From: an uncultured Eubacteriales bacterium
GTDB taxonomy: Bacteria; Bacillota; Clostridia; Oscillospirales; Acutalibacteraceae
Length of the DNA stretch: 64,000 nt
Assembly (NCBI GenBank): GCA_900316615.1
Contig: ONDU01000009.1
Location: forward strand, 2,408-66,407
Reading direction: 5' to 3'
The notes beneath the pieces are model-generated. The model had not been told where the DNA came from. It searched no databases and was given only the letters and a program-made list of their open reading frames with translations. Positions 46,320 through 55,131 of this stretch are shown piece by piece. Numbering within the stretch: position 1 is the first letter of the stretch; every line of letters begins with the position of its first letter. Position numbers and translations under genes: made by a program.

Positions 46320-48260
46320 ATGTGCAAAAAGAAATATTATATTACAACGGCAATAGCTTACACTTCAAGAAAGCCTCACATAGGAAACAGCTATGAAGTA
46401 GTTATGACTGACGCACTGGCAAGGTATAAAAGATTACAGGGTTATGACGTTTTCTTTTTAACCGGAACAGATGAACACGGTCAGAAAATAGAGGAATACG
46501 CAAAAAATGCAGGAGTTACTCCAAAGGAATATGTAGATAAGGTTTCCGGTGAAATCAAGGATATTTGCAGGATTTTAAACATATCCTATGACCATTTTAT
46601 CCGTACAACCGATGATTACCACGAAAAGGCAGTGCAGAAAATATTCAGAAAGCTTTATGAGCAGGGCGACATCTACAAAGGCTCTTACGAGGGTATGTAC
46701 TGTACCCCCTGCGAAAGCTTTTGGACGGAGGCTCAGCTTATAGACGGAAAATGTCCCGACTGCGGCAGAGAAGTTAAAAAGGCTGAAGAGGAAGCATACT
46801 TTTTAAAGCTTTCCAAATATCAGAAGCAGCTTGAGGATTATATAGAAAACAATCCCGACTTCATATATCCCGAACAGCGTAAAAAGGAAATGGTAAACAA
46901 TTTCATCAAGCCGGGTCTTCAGGATTTATGTGTTTCGAGAACCTCTTTCAAGTGGGGAATACCTGTAGACTTTGACAAGGGTCATATAGTTTATGTATGG
47001 ATTGACGCACTTTCAAACTATATAACAGCTCTTGGCTACAGTCCCGAAGGAAGCGGCGAAAACTATAAAAAATACTGGCCTGCCGATGTTCACGTTATAG
47101 GAAAGGATATTCTGAGATTCCATACTATTTACTGGCCTGTTATGCTTATGGCTCTTGGTGAACCTATTCCGAAGCAGGTTTTTGCTCACCCGTGGCTGCT
47201 TTTCGGTGCTGACAAAATGAGTAAATCCAAAGGAAACGTAATATATGCTGACGACCTGGTAAATTTAATCGGCGTTGATGCTGTAAGATACTACCTCATG
47301 AGTGAAATGCCCTATACCTCAGACGGCTCAATAACATATGAAACCGTTTTTGAAAGATATAACTCTGATTTGGCGAACACACTCGGCAACCTTGTAAACA
47401 GAACCGTTGCCATGAGCAACAAGTACTTTGACGGTGAAATCAAAGCTCCCTCAGCATATGAAGCTGTTGACGGTGAACTGAAAGCCGCTGCTATTAAGGC
47501 TGTATCCGAGCTTGAAAGGCTTCTTAGCGAATACAGAATAAGCGATGCACTTGACTCTGTAATGTCGCTTGCAAGAAGAAGCAACAAGTATATCGACGAA
47601 ACAGCTCCGTGGGTACTCGCAAAGGACGAAGGCACTAAGGAACGCCTCGGAACAGTACTTTATAATCTTCTCGAATGCATAAGATATATAGCTGTTCTCA
47701 TATCACCATTTATGCCCGAAACTGCCGAAAAAATTTTTGAGCAGATAAATACGGACGTAAAAAGTTATGCTTCACTCAAAGAATTCGGAGGACTTAAAGT
47801 CGGCGGAAAAGTAGGAAGGGCTGTACCGCTCTTTTCAAGACTTGACTCCAAAAAGCTGCTTGATGATATAGCTCTTGCTGCCGAAAAAGCTCAGAAGGCA
47901 GAAAAGGCTCCCGAAAACACGGCACAAATTGAAGAAAAGCCCGAGATCTCAATAGACGACTTCGCAAAAGTAGAACTTAGAGTTGCCAAGGTCAAGGCTT
48001 GCGAGCCTGTCAAAAAGGCTAAGAAGCTTCTTAAACTCACGCTTGATGACGGAGTTGGAGAACGCACCGTTGCAAGCGGTATAGCACAGTACTATAAGCC
48101 CGAGGACTTAATCGGTCACAAGGTTATACTTGTAGCCAACCTCAAGCCTGCAAAGCTCTGCGGAGTTGAAAGCTGCGGTATGATTTTAGCGGCTGACAGC
48201 GGCGATTCCGTAAGGGTTGTATTTGCAGACGATATGGAGACAGGTTCGACCGTAAGATAA
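46320..48260 (+). CDS. metG: methionine--tRNA ligase with C-terminal tRNA-binding (EMAP-like) domain
   Basis: The HIGN-type motif PHIGNSYE, the zinc knuckle CTPC...CPDC and KMSKS are present. Confidence 0.95.
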   Translation: MCKKKYYITTAIAYTSRKPHIGNSYEVVMTDALARYKRLQGYDVFFLTGTDEHGQKIEEYAKNAGVTPKEYVDKVSGEIKDICRILNISYDHFIRTTDDYHEKAVQKIFRKLYEQGDIYKGSYEGMYCTPCESFWTEAQLIDGKCPDCGREVKKAEEEAYFLKLSKYQKQLEDYIENNPDFIYPEQRKKEMVNNFIKPGLQDLCVSRTSFKWGIPVDFDKGHIVYVWIDALSNYITALGYSPEGSGENYKKYWPADVHVIGKDILRFHTIYWPVMLMALGEPIPKQVFAHPWLLFGADKMSKSKGNVIYADDLVNLIGVDAVRYYLMSEMPYTSDGSITYETVFERYNSDLANTLGNLVNRTVAMSNKYFDGEIKAPSAYEAVDGELKAAAIKAVSELERLLSEYRISDALDSVMSLARRSNKYIDETAPWVLAKDEGTKERLGTVLYNLLECIRYIAVLISPFMPETAEKIFEQINTDVKSYASLKEFGGLKVGGKVGRAVPLFSRLDSKKLLDDIALAAEKAQKAEKAPENTAQIEEKPEISIDDFAKVELRVAKVKACEPVKKAKKLLKLTLDDGVGERTVASGIAQYYKPEDLIGHKVILVANLKPAKLCGVESCGMILAADSGDSVRVVFADDMETGSTVR

Positions 48261-48280
48261 TAAATCAAACCATTCTTTAA

Positions 48281-48312
48281 CGCAAAAATGCCGTAAAAGC
48301 AGCATTTTTGCG
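48281..48312. terminator. Intrinsic terminator after metG
   Basis: The structure is cgcaaaaatgc-cgtaaaagca-gcatttttgcg. Confidence 0.7.
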
Positions 48313-48426
48313 TTATGCTTATAATTGCAATAAATGCCGTTAAAACATTTAACAGTATGTTAATTGACTTTTTAACGTGCTTTCTGTACAATTTAAGTAT
48401 AAGATGTATACATAAGGAGCATTTTT

Positions 48427-49206
48427 ATGAAAAAACTTTTTTCAGTATTCTTTTCGGTTATAATTCTTGCAGCCGCTTCAACAGCTCTGAGCAGCTGCGG
48501 CTGTTCAAACAGTCAGAATCCATCTTCCAATGTTTCGCAAAGTACTTCGGAAAAGGTTTCCTCTTCCCCTGATAGTGATTTAGTCGGAAACTGGGGAGAA
48601 AGAGCTGATAACGTTGAGGCAGAGTTCAAGAACGACGGAACCTGTAAAATAGGCGGAGTCAACGGTACTTATAAAATTGACGATAAAAATACCCTTACGG
48701 TAACTCCCGACGGGGACAATACTACACCTATGGTCTTTGAGTATGCCCCCTCTGACAGCAGCACTGTTTCTCAGAACCAGTGGAGAATAGCTGACAATAA
48801 GCTTTATATCAACGGATATCAGTACTCAAAAACATCACCTGAAAGCAAAGAGGAAACTAAAGCTTCATCTTCCTCCAAAAGCGAAAACACAAGCAAAACA
48901 ACAAGCTCAACCGCTTCATCTTCAACGGGAAACAAAAAGGACAGCTCTTCTAAAAATGAAGAAGCAACAAGCAGAAATCAGCCGTCAAGCAAACGTGACA
49001 GCAGCTCTTCATCAAAAACTGAAAGCAAGCCCTCCAGCTCTGAAAGCAGTCCGTCAAGCAAGGCAGAGAGCAAGCCGACAAATCCTGCATCTGCACCTAG
49101 CAGCTCTACTCCGAGCAGCTCCTCCTCAACTTCTTCGTCCTCACAAATTCGTGACGGAGAAGAAGACGATATGGTAACAATTTATGAAAACATTGATAAC
49201 TTTTAA
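48427..49206 (+). CDS. lipoprotein with Ser-rich C-terminal tail
   Basis: The lipobox is ALSSCG. A low-complexity S/T/K tail follows. Confidence 0.7.
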   Translation: MKKLFSVFFSVIILAAASTALSSCGCSNSQNPSSNVSQSTSEKVSSSPDSDLVGNWGERADNVEAEFKNDGTCKIGGVNGTYKIDDKNTLTVTPDGDNTTPMVFEYAPSDSSTVSQNQWRIADNKLYINGYQYSKTSPESKEETKASSSSKSENTSKTTSSTASSSTGNKKDSSSKNEEATSRNQPSSKRDSSSSSKTESKPSSSESSPSSKAESKPTNPASAPSSSTPSSSSSTSSSSQIRDGEEDDMVTIYENIDNF

Positions 49207-49297
49207 TTGAATTTTTGATTTGCGACAGTCTGTTAACAGTCAGAGCTGTCGCATTTCTATGGCGGCAGCACAAGCTTTAACCTTCGGCTGTGCTGCT

Positions 49298-49391
49298 GCG
49301 ATTGCAGACGGAAAAAGCATATGCTTTTTCCGAATTCAAAGCATACGCTTTGAATTGCACGGCAGCGTACGCTGCCGTGGTCTGCAATCGC
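49298..49391. repeat. Family-A palindromic repeat, copy A3
   Basis: The TIR lies at 49298-49309 and 49380-49391. Hairpins are ggaaaaagc/gctttttcc, ttcaaagc/gctttgaa and cacggcagcg/cgctgccgtg. Confidence 0.9.
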
Positions 49392-49536
49392 CCACCCTAA
49401 GTGCGAAGCCTGCTGTAATTCAGCTTTTTATAAAAAATTTCAAAGTATATTGTATATTTTTTGAATATATGATACAATTGAGCAGGCATTATGACGTATT
49501 TCGGCAAATTATTTATTTTGTAAGGAGATAAACCTT

Positions 49537-50343
49537 ATGTCCGTAAATGTAAAACTTATAGCTTATACTCCCAACCCTGAGCAGACGGTTGCTGCGGCTG
49601 CAAAGCTTTGTTACTCGCCGGTCTCCATTGACAATGTTTTAGACGGTCTTGACGAGGAAAAGAGCCGTTCATTTGTAAAAATGCTTTCCTCTCTGGGACA
49701 CGAAAGTCCTATGGAGCATGTAAGCTTTACCTTTGGTATTGACGGAATATCAAGAGCATGTTCACATCAGCTTGTAAGACACAGAATAGCTTCATACAGC
49801 CAGCAGTCACAAAGGTATGTAGACGGCAACAGCTTCGGTTTTGTAACACCGCCGTCCATAGCGGAGTGTCCCAAAGCTCTCGCAGAATACGAAAAAGCCA
49901 TAGAAACGCAAAGCAAAGCATATTCTGTTATAAGAGATACTCTCATATGTGAAAGTATCTGTAATTCCGATGACGGAGGTCATTTGGAGGGAACTGCCGA
50001 ACATATTATTGAAGAGTACGGTCTTATAAATAAAAATCAGCTTACCGCCTTTACCAAAAAGGCTAATGAAGATGCACGCTTTATACTTCCGAATGCCTGC
50101 ACCACCTCAATAGTCGTTACAATGAATGTACGTTCTCTGCACAACTTTTTTGCACACAGGTGCTGCAACAGGGCTCAGTGGGAAATAAGGGAGCTTGCTG
50201 TACAAATGCTCAAAATATGCAGGGATACTGCACCGTCATTATTTGAGGGTGCGGGACCGGGATGTCTTGAAGGAAAATGTCCTGAGGGGAAAATGTGCTG
50301 CGGCAAAACAGAGCAGGTACGGAAATTTTTCTCTGAGCTGTAA
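49537..50343 (+). CDS. thyX: FAD-dependent thymidylate synthase
   Basis: The ThyX motif RHRIASYSQQSQRY is present. Confidence 0.9.
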   Translation: MSVNVKLIAYTPNPEQTVAAAAKLCYSPVSIDNVLDGLDEEKSRSFVKMLSSLGHESPMEHVSFTFGIDGISRACSHQLVRHRIASYSQQSQRYVDGNSFGFVTPPSIAECPKALAEYEKAIETQSKAYSVIRDTLICESICNSDDGGHLEGTAEHIIEEYGLINKNQLTAFTKKANEDARFILPNACTTSIVVTMNVRSLHNFFAHRCCNRAQWEIRELAVQMLKICRDTAPSLFEGAGPGCLEGKCPEGKMCCGKTEQVRKFFSEL

Positions 50344-50358
50344 CTTTCGGGAGGATTT

Positions 50359-51036
50359 ATGCGAAAACTTATAGTTATAGAAGGACTTGACGGAAGCGGA
50401 AAAGCTACTCAGACAAAGCTGCTTACCGATTGGTTCAAGAAAAAAAGGCTTGATGTAAGACAAATAAGCTTTCCCGATTACGAAAGCCCGTCATCTGCAC
50501 TTGTAAAGCTCTATCTCGGAGGAGCCTTCGGGAAAAGTCCCGATGATGTCAACGCCTATGCCGCATCGTCATTTTACGCTGTGGACAGATACGCAAGCTA
50601 CAAGCAGTTTTGGGAAAAGGACTATCTCAGCGGCAAAATAATAATAGCCGACAGATATACCACATCAAATGCAATATACCAGCTTTCCAAGGTTGAAACG
50701 GAAAATCGTGACGGTTTTCTGGAATGGCTGGAATTTTACGAATACAGGCAGCTTCAGCTTCCTGTTCCCGACCTTACGGTTTATCTTGATATGCCGATAG
50801 AAATATCGCAGGAGCTTCTTGTCAGGCGTTATAACGGTGACGCAGGCAAAAAGGATTTACACGAAAGCAATTTCAGCTTTTTGAAGCAGTGTCGTGAATC
50901 CGCTCTCTACTCCGCAGAAAAATACGGCTGGCATATAATAAATTGTTCGGAAAACGGAAAAGCTATGTCAATACAGACAATTCATAACGCCGTACTTGAT
51001 GCAGTAAGGAAAAAATTTTTTACCGATTATGATTAA
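50359..51036 (+). CDS. tmk: dTMP kinase
   Basis: The P-loop IVIEGLDGSGKATQ and the DRY motif are present. Confidence 0.9.
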   Translation: MRKLIVIEGLDGSGKATQTKLLTDWFKKKRLDVRQISFPDYESPSSALVKLYLGGAFGKSPDDVNAYAASSFYAVDRYASYKQFWEKDYLSGKIIIADRYTTSNAIYQLSKVETENRDGFLEWLEFYEYRQLQLPVPDLTVYLDMPIEISQELLVRRYNGDAGKKDLHESNFSFLKQCRESALYSAEKYGWHIINCSENGKAMSIQTIHNAVLDAVRKKFFTDYD

Positions 51037-51077
51037 CATAAGAAAGTTGTCCGCAAAGTATGGAGTAAGCACATACT

Positions 51078-51170
51078 GCGATTGCAGACGGTCAAAAGCC
51101 TTGCTTTTGACCAAATAAAAGCATTCGCTTTTATTTCACGGCAGTTTTCACTGCCGTGGTCTGCAATCGC
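51078..51170. repeat. Family-A palindromic repeat, copy A4
   Basis: The TIR lies at 51078-51089 and 51159-51170. Hairpins are ggtcaaaagc/gcttttgacc, ataaaagc/gcttttat and cacggcag/ctgccgtg. Confidence 0.9.
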
Positions 51171-51226
51171 CAAAGCTTTCTGCATACTTTGGGGCAGAAA
51201 CAGTATGAAAAAGGAGAAAATAACCT

Positions 51227-51784
51227 ATGATTTACGTTTTTTTAGCTGACGGCTTCGAGGAAACAGAAGCCCTGACAACAGTAGATATTTTGAGAAGAGC
51301 CGCACTCGATGTTCAGACGGTTGCGGTAAAAAAAGCAGGAAACCTTGTAACCTCATCGCACAATATAACGGTTTCCGCTGACGTTAACCAGAATGATATT
51401 ACAGAGGAAAATCTTGAGGGAGTAATACTTCCCGGAGGTATGCCCGGCACGCTCAATCTTGAAAATTCTGCCGTTGTAGTTGAATATACCGCCTACTGTG
51501 CAGACAATAATCTGATTATAGGTGCAATATGTGCAGCACCGTCCGTACTGGGCAAGATGAATCTTCTTAACGGAAAGAATGCAACCTGTTTCCCCGGCTT
51601 TGAAAAATTTCTCAAGAATGCAAAGTATACCCCTGAGTTTACCGTATGTGACGGAAATATCGTAACCGCAAAGGGTATGGGAGCAACAATTCCGTTTGCA
51701 CTCAAGCTGACAGAGCTTTTTAAGGGCAAAGCCGTTGCCGAAAGCGTACAGGCTTCTCTTCAGTGTCCCTACAGCTATGAATAA
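51227..51784 (+). CDS. DJ-1/PfpI-family protein
   Basis: FEETEAL...ILPGG...AICAAP (nucleophile elbow Cys) matches the family. Confidence 0.85.
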   Translation: MIYVFLADGFEETEALTTVDILRRAALDVQTVAVKKAGNLVTSSHNITVSADVNQNDITEENLEGVILPGGMPGTLNLENSAVVVEYTAYCADNNLIIGAICAAPSVLGKMNLLNGKNATCFPGFEKFLKNAKYTPEFTVCDGNIVTAKGMGATIPFALKLTELFKGKAVAESVQASLQCPYSYE

Positions 51785-52361
51785 AAACAGCATAAGGAAT
51801 ATAAAAAACTCACGCCGGACATATTACAGACAAATACGTGCTTCTTTAAGTGAAAGCTCACGGCAGGAATACAGCCGCATAATAACGGAAAAAATAATAT
51901 CATCGGATTTATACAGAAATACAGACGTTATTTTTACCTATGTATCATTTTCTACAGAACCCGATACAAGGGAGCTTATACGCCGTTCATTGGAAAACGG
52001 TAAGAAAACAGCCGTACCATATTGTATTCCCGAAACAAGCATTATGAAATTCTACTATATAGAAAGTGAAAAAAATCTCAGAGCAGGAAGCTTCGGAATT
52101 TATGAGCCTGTTCCCGAAGAATGTGAGGAAGCAACGGAGAAATCAGGAATTATTATCGTACCCGGACTTGCATTCGATGTTAAGGGTTACAGAACAGGCT
52201 ACGGCAAAGGCTTTTATGACAGGTATCTTCCCGGCTTTCAAGGAGAAAAAATCGGTATATGCTACAGCAGCTGTATGAGAAAATGTATTCTGCACGATAC
52301 CTTTGATGTACGTGTAAATTACATAATTACCGAGAAATTTACAAAATTTATTGCAAAATAG
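51777..52361 (+). CDS. 5-formyltetrahydrofolate cyclo-ligase
   Basis: The GYGKGFYDR motif is present. The start is set at ATG 51777, overlapping the DJ-1 stop by 8 nt. Confidence 0.8.
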   Translation: MNKNSIRNIKNSRRTYYRQIRASLSESSRQEYSRIITEKIISSDLYRNTDVIFTYVSFSTEPDTRELIRRSLENGKKTAVPYCIPETSIMKFYYIESEKNLRAGSFGIYEPVPEECEEATEKSGIIIVPGLAFDVKGYRTGYGKGFYDRYLPGFQGEKIGICYSSCMRKCILHDTFDVRVNYIITEKFTKFIAK

Positions 52362-52525
52362 CTTACTTTAGGTTATTATATAATTTGTAGTGCTGTGCTG
52401 TATAAATTATATGTTTGCCAATACAGACGCTCTGACCAATACAGACAAATAAGCGTATAGTTACAGGCTTGTGTTTATACAGCAAATTTATTAAGTTCTT
52501 ATACTTAAAGAAAGGAAACAGCTAT

Positions 52526-54106
52526 ATGAATGACGATATGAAAATGGACTTTTCAACAGATATAGAAGCCGCCCGAAAAAAGCGTGTACAGTCCTTTAAA
52601 CTGAATGTAGACAAGAAATCAGTCGATAATGACGATGCTCTGAATATTTTCGGAAACATATCTGATGACGGCAGCAACAACGGCAGTGATATTGATACCG
52701 AAGCTTCCGCAAAAATGATGGCAGATGATTTTTCCGAAAAATTCTCTCTTCATAAATATACGGACGCTGACCAGATAAATAATGAAAATTCCTCAGATGA
52801 AGTCTTTGAGGGCGAGGAACGTGCTGTTGTTGACAATAACGATGAAGATCCCTCCCTTGAAATCTCCAGCTTTTCCAACCAGGAGCAAAAATATAAAATG
52901 GATAAGGCTGAACGCAAGGCTATAAAGGAATATAAGAAACAGGAAAAAGCACGTCTTAAAGAAAAAGCAGGAAAAAACGGCTGTCTGTTCAGATTTATAT
53001 GGCTGTGTATGGTTGTATCCGTTTCGGTTATACTGGGAATGTTTATGTGGAACGGTATGCGTGACCTGTTGGGAATAAACAGACCCGAAGAGGGAGAGAG
53101 CATAATACTTGATGTTCCGCCTGATATGAGCTTCAACCAGATTGTTGAAATGCTTAAATCAAACAATCTCATAAAGGACGAGTTCTTCTTCCGTCTTTAC
53201 GCTCATGTAACACATTCTACAAAGGGCTTTGAAGAGGGTATGTATACAATGCGTCCCAATATGGACTATGAAGCTATACTCAATACTCTCCAGTCAGGTC
53301 AGCGGCCTACCGAAACAATATCCGTTCAGTTCAAGGAGGGTATGACGGTAAGACAGGTTGCCGAAGCTCTTGAGGACAAAAAGGTTTGTAAAGCCGATAA
53401 ATTCCTCGAATTCTGCAATTCCGACACGTTTGACGAGGAGTATTCCTTCCTTAAAGAAATCAAGAGAAATGACCTGTGTGCATATAAGCTTGAGGGCTAC
53501 CTCTTCCCCGATACCTACGAATTTTATATCGGCGAGGACGCAGACGACAGTGTAAGAAGATTTCTTGATAACTTTGAGTATAAGGTCTGCAAAAAGACAA
53601 GCAATGTTACAGGCTATCCCGAAGCTGTATCAATCGAGCGTGTAATCAAGGACAGGGGAAAAACTATAGACGATGTTGTTAAAATGGCTTCACTTATTCA
53701 GGCTGAGGCTGCCGACATAAAGGATATGTATGTAGTTTCCTCAGTATTCTACAACAGACTTGCTACCTTGAATACAGGCGGTGTATCGCCTTACGGTGAC
53801 TATGACCTTGATAAGCTCAAGTCGGACGCTACTTTGTATTATCCTTACAGTGCTCAGGAGGATATTCCCCAGGAAATTGTAGCTACCTTCAAGAGTAATT
53901 ACAATACCTATAATATTTCAGGTCTGCCGCCCGGAGCAATATGCAACCCCGGTCTTGATGCTATTGACGCTGCCATCAATCCCGACAGCACCAACTATTA
54001 CTACTTCTGCCATAAGGCTCCTACGGAAACAGACGGTGCTACTCCCTTCTATGCCGCTACCTTCAGCGAGCATCAGAACAATCTTGTTCTTGCAGGTCTT
54101 GTTTAA
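52526..54106 (+). CDS. mltG: endolytic murein transglycosylase MltG (YceG-like) with long acidic N-terminal extension
   Basis: A TM and the YceG core (GYLFPDTYEF...ASLIQAEA...GLPPGAICNPG) are present. The start is set at ATG 52526, behind the RBS. Confidence 0.85.
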   Translation: MNDDMKMDFSTDIEAARKKRVQSFKLNVDKKSVDNDDALNIFGNISDDGSNNGSDIDTEASAKMMADDFSEKFSLHKYTDADQINNENSSDEVFEGEERAVVDNNDEDPSLEISSFSNQEQKYKMDKAERKAIKEYKKQEKARLKEKAGKNGCLFRFIWLCMVVSVSVILGMFMWNGMRDLLGINRPEEGESIILDVPPDMSFNQIVEMLKSNNLIKDEFFFRLYAHVTHSTKGFEEGMYTMRPNMDYEAILNTLQSGQRPTETISVQFKEGMTVRQVAEALEDKKVCKADKFLEFCNSDTFDEEYSFLKEIKRNDLCAYKLEGYLFPDTYEFYIGEDADDSVRRFLDNFEYKVCKKTSNVTGYPEAVSIERVIKDRGKTIDDVVKMASLIQAEAADIKDMYVVSSVFYNRLATLNTGGVSPYGDYDLDKLKSDATLYYPYSAQEDIPQEIVATFKSNYNTYNISGLPPGAICNPGLDAIDAAINPDSTNYYYFCHKAPTETDGATPFYAATFSEHQNNLVLAGLV

Positions 54107-54153
54107 TTCCGTATAAACCACATAACCCCTTGAATTAACTAAATAAATACTTA

Positions 54154-54186
54154 ACGGCTTCCGCTGAGTGCGGAAGCCGTATTTTT
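54154..54186. terminator. Bidirectional terminator between mltG and cobO
   Basis: The structure is acggcttccgc-tgagt-gcggaagccgt followed by attttt. Confidence 0.7.
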
Positions 54187-54219
54187 ACCTTGCTTTATTG
54201 AAACGAAACAGACTGAAAA

Positions 54220-54729
54220 TCAATATTCTACACCCTGTCTTGCAGAAATACCCCTGTCATAGGGGTGCTTTATTTTGGACATACAAGTTACATAGTCAGC
54301 ATAGACAAGTATGCTTTTGTCAAGATTGTGACCTGTCAGAACAAGCTCCGTTGTTTCGGGACACTCACTTATAAGGTGTATTACATCGGAAACCGTTATA
54401 AAGCCTACGTCTACTGCGGAAAAAATCTCGTCCGCAACAACTACGTCAAATTTCGGAAGATTATTAAGAACATATTCGTAAAGCCTGATAATGTTCCTTT
54501 TGTATTTGCTGTGTTCTTCGGGACTTAAATCAAATACAAACCGTACCTTTTCCGGAAGCTTGGGCATTTTTACGGTCGGTATACATTCCAGCACACGTCT
54601 TTCCCCGCTTATATCGCTTTTGAGAAACTGAGTAAAAAGTACCTTTTTGCCGTTTCCGCTTGCCCTAACGGCAAGACCCACTGCGGCGGTAGTTTTTCCC
54701 TTTCCATCTCCGTAATATATATGCACCAT
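54220..54729 (-). CDS. cobO: cob(I)yrinic acid a,c-diamide adenosyltransferase (CobO/BtuR type)
   Basis: The sequence is YYGDGKGKTTAAVGLAVRASGNGKKVLFTQFLK. Confidence 0.85.
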   Translation of the reverse strand: MVHIYYGDGKGKTTAAVGLAVRASGNGKKVLFTQFLKSDISGERRVLECIPTVKMPKLPEKVRFVFDLSPEEHSKYKRNIIRLYEYVLNNLPKFDVVVADEIFSAVDVGFITVSDVIHLISECPETTELVLTGHNLDKSILVYADYVTCMSKIKHPYDRGISARQGVEY

Positions 54730-54843
54730 AGAACAGCACTTCCTTTATTTTGATATATTTCATTTTATATATTTGTTGAAATATCTGCCTTTTTATACTA
54801 TAATTAATATATTAAAAAAGTATTAAGAGAAAAAGGTGAGATT

Positions 54844-54945
54844 ATGAATAATAAGAAAAGAACTTTATTTGTAAGAATTGTAGCAATAGTATGTGCCGTG
54901 CTGATAGCAGGCTCGGTCATACTTTCTGCGGTCGTTTACAGATAG
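54844..54945 (+). CDS. small hydrophobic protein, 33 aa (not in ORF track)
   Basis: An RBS aaaaggtgag lies 5 nt upstream. The translation is MNNKKRTLFVRIVAIVCAVLIAGSVILSAVVYR. Confidence 0.4.
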   Translation: MNNKKRTLFVRIVAIVCAVLIAGSVILSAVVYR

Positions 54946-55131
54946 TTGTGAACATACTTTTAATATATCTTTAACAGATTGTATGAGAAAGTTATTTAAA
55001 GTATGGCGATTATTTACCTTGACAAGCATATTTGATTAATATAAAATATGCCTGCAGTATATTTTTCGGATTAAAGTGGCAAATATATTGAAAAATTTTA
55101 TAAGATTTATCGGAAAAGAGGTTGTTCAAAT

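Noticed and set aside
49298-51170. Family-A copies as a folate or one-carbon riboswitch, since they lie next to purH, thyX-tmk and the DJ-1/5-formyl-THF cyclo-ligase genes.
   Set aside because: Unpaired nucleotides and loops are not conserved between copies; only the stems and the terminal repeat are. Copy A1 is on the strand opposite its neighbouring gene, and A2 lies between convergent genes. The association is probably chance, but it deserves a genome-wide test.
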